This document shows, piece after piece, positions 39,392 to 48,043 of a DNA stretch of 64,000 nucleotides. Positions within the stretch are counted from its first letter, which is position 1. The number at the start of each line of letters is the position of its first letter. Both the position numbers and the translations under genes were made by a program. The DNA is taken from the NCBI GenBank assembly GCA_050953885.1, contig JBMNNJ010000001.1:207437-271436 (forward strand), written 5' to 3'. Source of the stretch: Patescibacteria group bacterium (GTDB taxonomy: Bacteria; Patescibacteriota; Microgenomatia; 0-14-0-10-38-17). The notes beneath the pieces are model-generated. The model worked only from the letters and a program-made list of their open reading frames with translations. It had not been told where the DNA came from and did not search any database.

Positions 39392-39571
39392 AAAATATGT
39401 AATTTTGAACGTGCCTCTCCGGCACGGGCGCCAAAACCACCTGGCCAGGTAGCTGAAAAACCTAGCCTTAATCACCCCAAGGGTTGATTAAGGCACTCCT
39501 ATCGAGTATACTTGTACAATACTTCAAGGCACTACCGATAATTTACGCCAATACGCATAAATTTAAAATTC

Positions 39572-39958
39572 ATGATAAAATCTAAAATAAAAGAATTAAG
39601 TTATGAAAAAATGAAAGAAATCGAGAATTTAACAAAAGAGATTGTTTCTTTTCGAGACGAAAGAGAATGGAAACAATTTCATAACCCGAAAGACATGTCT
39701 TTGTCTCTAGTTCTGGAAGCAGGAGAAGTGATGGAGCACTTCCAGTGGAAAAACGGAGAAGAGATGGAAAAATATGTTACCGAGCATAAAGATGAAATTG
39801 GCGAAGAGCTTGCTGACGTTTTATATTGGATTTTGCTTATAAGCCACGACCTTAATATAAACATTCTCGAAGCTTTAGAAAAAAAAATAAAGAAAAATAA
39901 AGAAAAATATCCTGTAGAAAAAGCAAAGGGAAGACATACAAAATATACAGATCTTTAG
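39572..39958 (+). CDS. MazG-like nucleotide pyrophosphohydrolase (start may be 39608)
   Basis: FRDEREW-QFHNPKD, EAGEVME-FQW, EELADV, KN--KYP. Confidence 0.92.
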   Translation: MIKSKIKELSYEKMKEIENLTKEIVSFRDEREWKQFHNPKDMSLSLVLEAGEVMEHFQWKNGEEMEKYVTEHKDEIGEELADVLYWILLISHDLNINILEALEKKIKKNKEKYPVEKAKGRHTKYTDL

Positions 39959-39981
39959 CTTTTTGATGTTTTCGATAGAAA

Positions 39982-40689
39982 ATGCTCTCCAAAAGAAAAA
40001 ATAAGCTCGTAGCAAAAAAGAAATTGCAAGAGGGACATAGAGAAAGATTGCGGCAAAGATTTTTACAAGGAGGACTCGATTCCTTCCTCGATTACGAAGT
40101 TGTTGAATTACTTTTGACGCTAGGAACCCCCCGCAGGGATTGCAAGTCTATTGCTAAAGAAATAATTAAAAAATTTGGAAATTTATGTAACGTTCTTGAT
40201 GCTTCTCCGGAAGATCTGCAAGAAATATATGGCGTAGGCCCTAACAACATATTTGGTTTAAAATTATTTCAGGCAATATCAGAGCGATATACCGGCGAAA
40301 AAATTCAAAAAAAAGAAATTCTCAATAACCCTAAGGCAGTATTTGATTACCTTAAAAATCTTATTGGAAAAGAGAAAAAAGAAAGCTTTGTGGTTATATC
40401 ATTAAACTCAAAAAACCAATTAGTCAAAATTAATAAAATATCGTTAGGAACTGTTGATGCAAACATTGTGCACCCTAGAGAAGTCTTCCAAGCAGCCATT
40501 AAAAATTTAGCAACGCAAATAATTATAGCCCATAATCATCCCTCGGGTAGCCTAGAGCCGTCTCCGGAAGATGTTGCTTTAACTAGGCAATTGTTAGAAG
40601 CTTCTTCAATCTTAAGCATTCCGCTCATTGATCATATAATTGTTACCAACAAGGAATACTTAAGCATGAAGGAACATAATTTCATATAG
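39982..40689 (+). CDS. radC: RadC/JAB-domain protein
   Basis: GHRERLR, YEVVELLL, HhH, VHPREVF, AHNHPSG--PS-ED, DHII. Confidence 0.93.
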   Translation: MLSKRKNKLVAKKKLQEGHRERLRQRFLQGGLDSFLDYEVVELLLTLGTPRRDCKSIAKEIIKKFGNLCNVLDASPEDLQEIYGVGPNNIFGLKLFQAISERYTGEKIQKKEILNNPKAVFDYLKNLIGKEKKESFVVISLNSKNQLVKINKISLGTVDANIVHPREVFQAAIKNLATQIIIAHNHPSGSLEPSPEDVALTRQLLEASSILSIPLIDHIIVTNKEYLSMKEHNFI

Positions 40690-40695
40690 GCTGAA

Positions 40696-42564
40696 ATGAT
40701 TCTTTACGAAGGAACAATTGAACAATTTAATCAAGATGTTATCCAAAACTGCATCGCTGACAGGGCGGCCGAAAAATATCAAGCCCACTACAATAGAAGA
40801 CCCAACAATTCAGAGTACCGTTCATGGGCTTACTCTCTGGCTATACTTAACAATTCTTTCCGTTATGCAAATCTTAAAGACAATTATGTTCTTCTTGAGT
40901 ATGAGCTTCCATACTCCTCACAAAGAATAGATGTTATACTTTTCGGAGAAAATTATCAGGACCAAAAAAATGTTGTCGTGATCGAATTAAAACAATGGTC
41001 CAATGATAATGTGTCACCCGCAGAATCAAAAGGAAATGTAATTGTTAATTACGGAAGATTTAAAAAAGAAGAACCTCATCCCTCTTTGAAAGTTCAGGGA
41101 TACCATTTTTATCTCAAGGATTTTATAAAGCTTTTTACTGAAAAGAATGCTCCCAACCTTAACTCTTTGGCATATGCTCATAATTATTCCCGAGAAAGAG
41201 GGGGCGTGTTGTTTTCTGATGAGTTTCAATCTGCTTTAGCGGAATTTCCTCTATTTGCAAAAGAAGATTCGATTAAGTTAGCAAACTACTTAAAAGATCG
41301 GCTAAGTAAAGGGAGAGGACAAATTCTTTACGAACGATTTGCTAGAAGCAAAATTGGCCCCTCTAAAAAGCTTCTCGCACATACTTCAGAAATGATTAAT
41401 AAGCAACAAGTTTTTAATTTAATTGACGACCAAATCGCTGCTTATAATGCAATAATGCACAAAGCAAAAAAGCTCTCGGGAACAGAAGAAAAGTCAGTGA
41501 TTTTAGTTAATGGTGGCCCAGGTACCGGCAAATCGGTTATCGCTTTGGAAGTTATGGGAGAGCTTTTAAGACAGGGTAAAAAGGTGGTTCATGCTACTGG
41601 GTCATCAGCTTTTACTAATACATTAAGGAGTCTTGTTGGTTTAAGGGCTAAAAATCTTTTCAAATTTTTTAACAGCTTCACAAGAGCGAACCCTAATTGT
41701 TTTGATGTTCTAATTTGTGATGAAGCTCATCGGATAAGGGAGTCAAGTGCGGATAGATACACCCCAAAAGAGCTAAGGACCAATGACCCCCAAATAGATG
41801 AATTGCTACGAGTTGCCAACCTCAGTGTTTTTTTTATAGATGAATATCAAATTGTAAGACCAAATGAAGTGGGTAGCATCGAAATGATTAAGAACGCAGC
41901 TAAAAGATTTAATATCAAAACCAAAAATATTATCGAATTTGAGCTGAAAACACAGTTTCGTTGTTCCGGCTCCGATGCTTACCTTCAATGGCTTGATAAT
42001 GTCTTAGGGATCAGAGAAACAGGGATTACCGAATTTGATACTAAAATGGAGTTTAAAATATTTGAAAATCCTCAAAAAATGATGAACGAAATTAGGGAAA
42101 GGAATAAGGAAAAGCCCAACTCTGCTCGTATAGTTGCTGGTTTTTGCTGGCCATGGAGTAACCCTCGGCCAGACGGATCGCTAGTGAATGATGTAAAAAT
42201 TGGAGATTTCGAAATGCCTTGGGAAAAAAAGAATCAATTTTGGAAGTGGGCAACAGATAAATCAGGCATGGAGCAAGTTGGCACTGTCTATACTGCTCAA
42301 GGGATGGAGTTTGATTATATCGCGGTAATTTTTGGTAACGACCTTGTTTATAACCCCCAAAAAAATGAATGGGAAGCAATACCTGAAAATTCTTATGACA
42401 CACAGGTTAAGAGAAACAACCCTAATCTAGAAAATCACTTAAAGCATGTTTACCGTGTTTTAATGTCTCGTGCCCATATGGGAGTTTATGTTTATTTTAT
42501 GGATAAAAAAACAGAAGATTATTTTAGAAGACATTTGCCCAAGCTCCCTTCTGCTTCTAAGTAA
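40696..42564 (+). CDS. DUF2075 (Schlafen group 3-like) helicase with N-terminal nuclease-like domain
   Basis: EY-LP---RID...IELKQW; GGPGTGKS; CDEAHR; QFRC; TAQGMEFDY; YRVLMSR. Confidence 0.88.
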   Translation: MILYEGTIEQFNQDVIQNCIADRAAEKYQAHYNRRPNNSEYRSWAYSLAILNNSFRYANLKDNYVLLEYELPYSSQRIDVILFGENYQDQKNVVVIELKQWSNDNVSPAESKGNVIVNYGRFKKEEPHPSLKVQGYHFYLKDFIKLFTEKNAPNLNSLAYAHNYSRERGGVLFSDEFQSALAEFPLFAKEDSIKLANYLKDRLSKGRGQILYERFARSKIGPSKKLLAHTSEMINKQQVFNLIDDQIAAYNAIMHKAKKLSGTEEKSVILVNGGPGTGKSVIALEVMGELLRQGKKVVHATGSSAFTNTLRSLVGLRAKNLFKFFNSFTRANPNCFDVLICDEAHRIRESSADRYTPKELRTNDPQIDELLRVANLSVFFIDEYQIVRPNEVGSIEMIKNAAKRFNIKTKNIIEFELKTQFRCSGSDAYLQWLDNVLGIRETGITEFDTKMEFKIFENPQKMMNEIRERNKEKPNSARIVAGFCWPWSNPRPDGSLVNDVKIGDFEMPWEKKNQFWKWATDKSGMEQVGTVYTAQGMEFDYIAVIFGNDLVYNPQKNEWEAIPENSYDTQVKRNNPNLENHLKHVYRVLMSRAHMGVYVYFMDKKTEDYFRRHLPKLPSASK

Positions 42565-42700
42565 CCTATTAAAACGAAGGCGTAAGGGCCCTAACGACTA
42601 TAATTAATAAAAAATTTTATTAGAAAAATAAAAGCTTGCAGGCATAAAAAACGGAGTAGCCAATTTTTTGCTAGGCTCTATGAGCTCAACCAAGAATTCG

Positions 42701-42731
42701 AAGCTATTTAACCCCCGGAGTTGATTAGCTT
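42701..42731. repeat. Cassette-boundary site (consensus)
   Basis: AAGCTATTTAAC-CCCCGGA-GTTGATTAGCTT. Confidence 0.92.
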
Positions 42732-42755
42732 GATAACCTTAACTCAAATAAAACT

Positions 42756-43199
42756 TTAATTTTCTTCAGGCTTAAATTGTCCATCTTCGTATACATATTT
42801 CACTTCAGTCAGGTCGTTTGAGTTAACTTCTTCTGCATAAAGCAAAGTAAAACCATTCCCTACTTCTACCTCCTCTGGGGATTGCTTAACTCCAATCCTC
42901 ATCTTTTCATCACTTTCAAAAACAACCCTGCCTTCATCAATAACCCACAGCTTACCTGCTCCTTGAGTCATAGCTACAGGAATTATTACTAAACTTTCTG
43001 ACAAATCATCTCCATCCACATCCATACTAAAGTATTCTGGACACCTTCCTAAAAAACATTCCGGAAGTTCTTGACTTACAATTTTTTCTTTTTGAGCAGG
43101 AACGTTAATTTTTGTACTTCTTGAAAAATATCCAATCGCAAAACCTAAAAGGATAAAAATTAAATAGGCTAAAAACTTGCCTACTGTAATCTTAGACAT
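42756..43199 (-). CDS. Hypothetical membrane-anchored protein
   Basis: N-terminal TM; DVDGDD--E loop (calcium-binding-like). Confidence 0.7.
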   Translation of the reverse strand: MSKITVGKFLAYLIFILLGFAIGYFSRSTKINVPAQKEKIVSQELPECFLGRCPEYFSMDVDGDDLSESLVIIPVAMTQGAGKLWVIDEGRVVFESDEKMRIGVKQSPEEVEVGNGFTLLYAEEVNSNDLTEVKYVYEDGQFKPEEN

Positions 43200-43274
43200 A
43201 AGACTATTCTATCAAAAATTGATAAAACTAGGCAAACAAGGTTAAAAAAAGAAAGAAACTTAACTATAAATTTG

Positions 43275-43305
43275 AAGCTATTTAACCCCCGGAGTTGATT
43301 AGCTT
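43275..43305. repeat. Cassette-boundary site (consensus)
   Basis: Identical to 42701-42731. Confidence 0.92.
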
Positions 43306-43314
43306 TTGAATTTT

Positions 43315-44576
43315 GCGTGAAATGCTTGAAATGCATGAGACGTTTGAAACGTAAAAACATTAAACGGTTCAGGCGATTCAAGCCTCAAGCTTTGAAGCAT
43401 CAAGTCTTAAGGCAGATCCTGATTTTCATCAGGATGACAACTACCTTGATTCAGAATCAGTTAGCTAAAAGTTAAAATTCAAAATTTAAAAGTCAAAAGT
43501 ACAAGTCAAAATTCAAAAGTAGAGCAAAAAACTTTTAACTTTTAACTTGTCCGCCGGCAGGCGGATTCGTTAAAATGACGGCCACGATTAGCGTCATTCT
43601 GAACTTGATTCAGAATCGTTATTATTGTCAGAAAACACAGATCCTGACTTTCGTCAGAGCCTGTCCTGAATTTAATTCAGGAATGACAGTTACCTTGATT
43701 CAGAGTCGTTATTAATGTCAGAAAACGCAGATCCTGACTTTCGTCAGGATGACGGTTGCGATTAGCGTCATTCTGAACTTGATTCAGAATCTGTGTTATT
43801 GTCAAAAAACGCAGATCCTGACTTTCGTCAGGATGACGGTTACAGGTTCTGACTTTCGTCAGAATGACGGTTACGGGACTACAGGAATAACCCTGCCCAC
43901 CAGCCGACGGACAAGTTAAAACTCAAAACTCAAATGTCAAATCTCAAAACTACATGTTAAAACTTAAAACTACATGGTAAATGTTAAAACTTTTTAAAGC
44001 TTAATTCGTCAGAATGATGACAGCCGTGCCGTCATTCCGGACTTGATCCGGAATCGGTGTTAATGCCTAAAGAACGCAGATCCTGACTTTCGTCAGGATG
44101 ACGGTTATCTGAAGAACGCAGATCCTGACTTTCGTCAGGATGACGGCCACGATTAGCGTCATTCCGGACTTGATCCGGAATCGGTGTTATTGTCAGAAAA
44201 CGGTAGATCCTGACTTTCGTCAGGATGACGGCTACGGGGATGATTCCCGCCAAGCGGATTCGTCAGGATGACGACAGTCGTGCCGTCATTCCGGACTTGA
44301 TCCGGAATCGGTGTTAATATCTGAAGAACGCAGATCCTGACTTTCGTCAGGATGACAGCTATGGGGATGATTCCCGCCAGGCGGATTCGTCAGAATGACG
44401 GCCACGATTAGCGTCATTCTGAACTTGATTCAGAATCAGTTAGATCCTGACTTTCGTCAGGATGACGCTTTCGTCAGAGCCTGTCCTGAATTTAATTCAG
44501 GAATGACGGCCACGGCAGGATAATTTTATTCGCTCATTCGTGTTGATTCGTTTCCCATTCGCGTTGCTTCGTGTCT
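43315..44576. repeat. ~1.26-kb gene-free mosaic of E, A, B, F and C repeats
   Basis: Many copies of GATCCTGACTTTCGTCAGGATGAC and GTCATTC(TGA/CGG)ACTTGAT(TCA/CCG)GAATC with recurring linkers. Confidence 0.93.
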
Positions 44577-44644
44577 TTGGTCCAAAAATCTTGTGCTAAA
44601 ATGAAGAAAGATAAAAGAATCGCTTTTGGAAATTAAAATTCGCC

Positions 44645-45400
44645 ATGAATCACTACCGCCAACGGGAAACCAATCTTTACCAGCCCGGCCAGGAAAGACC
44701 TTTTTGGTTAAGCCGCTCCAAGATTGATCTTTTTTTGGAATGCCCCCGCTGTTTTTACCTTGACCGCCGCTTGGGTTTGAGCCGTCCCGGCATGCCTTCT
44801 TTTTCCCTAAACTCCGCCGTTGACCAGCTTTTAAAAAATGAATTTGACCTCCTGCGCCAAGAAGGCAAACCCCACCGGCTGATGGAAAAATACCGCATTG
44901 AGGCCATTCCCCTAAATCATCCCGATCTTCCCCTCTGGCGCGACGATGTCCACCGCTGGGAAGGGGCCCATGTTCACCACCAGCCCACCAATTTTGAAAT
45001 AAGCGGCATTGTTGACGACATCTGGGTAGACCGGAAAAATAATTTCTACATTGTGGACTACAAATCCACCAGCACCACAGCGGAGATTTCCCTTGAAGAT
45101 GAATACAAGCAAGGTTATAAAAAACAAATCGAGGTTTACCAGTGGATTTTTAGAAAAATGGGCTTTAGCGTTGCCAACACCGCCTATTTTGTCTACGCCA
45201 ACGCCAGCAAAAACCGCCCCCGCTTTGACGGCCGTTTGGAATTTGAGGTGCAAATTATCACCTACGAGGGCAATGACGCGTGGGTAGAGCCCACCCTTAA
45301 GGAGATTAAAAAATGCCTTGATTCCCCCAAAGTGCCCGCCGCCGACCCCGATTGCGAATATTGCCGTTATCGCCAATTAATCAGCCAGAAACTTAAATGA
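44645..45400 (+). CDS. Stand-alone Cas4/RecB-like PD-(D/E)XK nuclease
   Basis: LSRS......CPRC, G-VDD, VDYKS, Q---Y, CEYC. Confidence 0.85.
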   Translation: MNHYRQRETNLYQPGQERPFWLSRSKIDLFLECPRCFYLDRRLGLSRPGMPSFSLNSAVDQLLKNEFDLLRQEGKPHRLMEKYRIEAIPLNHPDLPLWRDDVHRWEGAHVHHQPTNFEISGIVDDIWVDRKNNFYIVDYKSTSTTAEISLEDEYKQGYKKQIEVYQWIFRKMGFSVANTAYFVYANASKNRPRFDGRLEFEVQIITYEGNDAWVEPTLKEIKKCLDSPKVPAADPDCEYCRYRQLISQKLK

Positions 45401-45717
45401 TTTCTCTTGAAGACTTTCAAAAGTTGGACATCAGGGTAGGGGAGGTAAAAGAAGCCGCGGCGGTGGCCGGCAGTAAAAATCTTTTCCTCTTAAAAGTTAG
45501 CCTGGGTAAAGAAGAACGCCAAATTGTTTCCGGTTTGGCCGGCTTTTACCAGCCCGAAGAACTTTTAGGCAAACAGGTTATTCTTCTTGCCAATCTTGAA
45601 CCAAGAGTAATTTTTGGCCTTGAAAGCCAGGGAATGCTTTTGGCCGTTGACAGTGGCGCGGAAGTGGCCCTGCTCACCCCTGATCGCAAAGTAACCCCGG
45701 GCAGTCCGGTAAAGTAA
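45397..45717 (+). CDS. Stand-alone tRNA-binding OB domain (Trbp111/CsaA/MetRS C-terminal-like)
   Basis: DF-KLDIRVG, RQIVSGL, NL-PR---G-ESQGMLLA. Confidence 0.9.
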   Translation: MISLEDFQKLDIRVGEVKEAAAVAGSKNLFLLKVSLGKEERQIVSGLAGFYQPEELLGKQVILLANLEPRVIFGLESQGMLLAVDSGAEVALLTPDRKVTPGSPVK

Positions 45718-45741
45718 AAAAATTACCTTGAGGGTGATTTA

Positions 45742-46328
45742 TGCGAATTGAGACGAACGAAAAACGAATTAACACGAAAAATAAACTCAAATCTCAAATC
45801 TCAAAACGCAAAACTACATGGTAAATGTTAAAACTTTTTAAAGCTTAATTCGCCAGCGGGCGGATAAAATCATGCGTGAAATGCTTGAAATGCAGGAGAC
45901 GTTTGAAACGTAAAAACATTAAACGGCTCAGACAATCAAGCCTCAAGCGTTTCAAGCATCAAGCTTTAAGACAGATCCTGACTTTCGTCAGGATGACGGT
46001 TACGGGGATGATTCCCGCCAGGTGGATTCGTCAGAATGATGACAGCCGTGCCGTCATTCCGGACTTGATCCAGAATCAGTGTTATTGTCAGAAAACGCAG
46101 ATCCTGACTTTCGTCAGGATGACAGCTACCTTGATTCAGAATCGTTATTAATACCTAAAGAACGCAGATTCTGACTTTCGTCAGAATGACGGTTACGGAA
46201 AGCGTCAGGATGACGACAGCCGTGCCGTCATTCCGGACTTGATCCGGAATCTGTGTTATTATCAGAAAACGCAGATCCTGACTTTCGTCAGGATGACAGC
46301 TACAGGTTTGATTTTTGCATTTTGAATT
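45742..46328. repeat. Composite block (C, B, F, E, then family A array)
   Basis: Same modules and linkers as 43315-44576. Confidence 0.9.
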
Positions 46329-46337
46329 TATTCTTAT

Positions 46338-46619
46338 ATGGTTCAGGCTAAAATCTCCGTTTCTCATCTGGCCAAATTAGCCAACCTCCATCTTTCTTCC
46401 CCAGAAGAAAAATTAATCGGCCCCCAAATTGAGGAAGTGGTGGGCTCTTTTTCGGTTTTGGACCGCGTTTCGGCTTTGGAAAAACTTCCCCCCACTTTTC
46501 AGGTGGGCCAAAACGAGAATATTCTCCGGCCCGACGAGGTTCAACCCTCCCTGGCGCGCCCAAAAATTCTTGGCAAAAATACTTTTTTTACCACCAAAGC
46601 CGTTTTAACCAAAAAATGA
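46338..46619 (+). CDS. gatC: Asp/Glu-tRNA amidotransferase subunit C
   Basis: V-HLAKLA-L, N-LRPD; overlaps gatA start. Confidence 0.85.
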   Translation: MVQAKISVSHLAKLANLHLSSPEEKLIGPQIEEVVGSFSVLDRVSALEKLPPTFQVGQNENILRPDEVQPSLARPKILGKNTFFTTKAVLTKK

Positions 46620-48040
46620 AGCCCAAAACAAATTTTGCCGAAAAAAGCCCTTCTCTTTTGGCCTGGCAGGAAAAACTCCAAAAAGAAGAGGTAAAAAGCG
46701 AAGAAATTATCTCTTTTTACCTGGAAAAAATTAAAGAAAAAGATCGGGTTTTAAATGCTTACTTAAGCGTTAATCCCCAAGCTTTGGATCAAGCCCGCGA
46801 GGCGGATCGGGAAATAAGCGGCGCCGCTGATAAAAAGCTTCTTTTTGAAAAAAAGCCGCTTTTGGGCTTGCCTTTGGCCATTAAAGATAATTTTTGTACC
46901 CTCGATTTGCCCACCACCGCCGCTTCCCGAATTTTAGAAAACTGGCAAGCTCCCTATGAGGCCACCGTGGTTAGCCGCCTGAAAAAAGCGGGCGCCATTA
47001 TTTTGGGAAAAACCAATATGGACGCCTGGGCTCATGGCTCCTCCACGGAAACTTCCGACTTTGGCGAGACAAGCAACCCCTACGACATTAACCGCGTTCC
47101 CGGCGGTTCTTCGGGGGGTTCGGCCGCCGCCGTGGCCGCGGCGATGGCTCCCGCCGCCATCGGCTCGGAAACAGCCGGCTCCATTCGCCAACCGGCCGCC
47201 TGGTGCGGAGTGGTGGGTTTAAAACCCACCTATGGCCGCGCTAGCCGCTGGGGGCTGATTGCCATGGCCTCGTCTTTGGACTGCCCCGGACCGCTCACCC
47301 AAGATGTTGCCGACGCCGCCCTGCTTTTGGCAATTATCAGCGGTCAAGACCCTCATGATGCCACCAGCATTCAGGAGCCAAGCCTTGAAATAAAACCTAA
47401 CCCCCGCCTTGATTCCTCCCTCACTATCGGCATTCCCCGCCAATACTTGGAAATCGCCGCTCCCGAAATTCAAGAAAAGATAGAAAAAATTATCAGCCGG
47501 CTTGAGAAAGAAAAAATTAAAATTAAGTTTATTTCTTTGCTTGACCCGAAAATCAGCATGGCCGTTTACGCCATTGTCCAGCGCGCCGAGGTTTCCTCCA
47601 ACCTGGCCCGCTATGACGGCATTCGTTTTGGGAAAAACCGCTCTTTTTTTGGTTTGGAGGCCAAGAGAAGAATTATCACCGGCACTTTCGTTCTCTCCGC
47701 CGGCTACTTTGACCAGTACTATCTTAGGGCCCAAAAAGCGCGTACCAAAATTAGCCAAAATTTTGCCCAAGCTTTTGGGGAAGTTGACTTGATCCTTGCC
47801 CCCACTTCGCCTAGCGCCGCCATTGAAAAAGGCGGGCAGGAAAAAGAGCCGCTTTTTGGTGAAAAGCAGGATATTCTGGTGGAAGCCAGCTCTTTGGCCG
47901 GCCTTCCCGGCATCAGCCTTAACGCCGGTTTTACCAAAGAAGGCCTGCCGGTGGGAGCGCAAATTATCGGCCCGGCCAAAAGCGAGGAAAAAATTCTCAA
48001 TTTTGCCTGCTTTTTGGAAAAAAAGATATCAGAAAATTAA
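46616..48040 (+). CDS. gatA: Asp/Glu-tRNA amidotransferase subunit A
   Basis: IKDN, GKTNMD, PGGSSGGS, GS(E)TAGSIRQPA, SSNLARYDG. Confidence 0.95.
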   Translation: MKPKTNFAEKSPSLLAWQEKLQKEEVKSEEIISFYLEKIKEKDRVLNAYLSVNPQALDQAREADREISGAADKKLLFEKKPLLGLPLAIKDNFCTLDLPTTAASRILENWQAPYEATVVSRLKKAGAIILGKTNMDAWAHGSSTETSDFGETSNPYDINRVPGGSSGGSAAAVAAAMAPAAIGSETAGSIRQPAAWCGVVGLKPTYGRASRWGLIAMASSLDCPGPLTQDVADAALLLAIISGQDPHDATSIQEPSLEIKPNPRLDSSLTIGIPRQYLEIAAPEIQEKIEKIISRLEKEKIKIKFISLLDPKISMAVYAIVQRAEVSSNLARYDGIRFGKNRSFFGLEAKRRIITGTFVLSAGYFDQYYLRAQKARTKISQNFAQAFGEVDLILAPTSPSAAIEKGGQEKEPLFGEKQDILVEASSLAGLPGISLNAGFTKEGLPVGAQIIGPAKSEEKILNFACFLEKKISEN

Positions 48041-48043
48041 AAA

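Noticed and set aside
34476-43305. Classical integron
   Set aside because: No intI; sites are ~31-55 bp without attC R/L box structure; cargo is on both strands.
43415-44507. CRISPR array next to a Cas4-like gene
   Set aside because: Two alternating repeat types, irregular period, reused rather than unique spacers, the same repeats dispersed across the window, and no cas1.
45876-46367. Short ORFs in repeat blocks (also 9617-9799, 43181-43381, 44032-44253)
   Set aside because: Translations of the repeats themselves (QILTFVRMT, RHPDESQDL); no independent coding evidence.
47219-47962. 247-aa antisense ORF
   Set aside because: Shadow of gatA.
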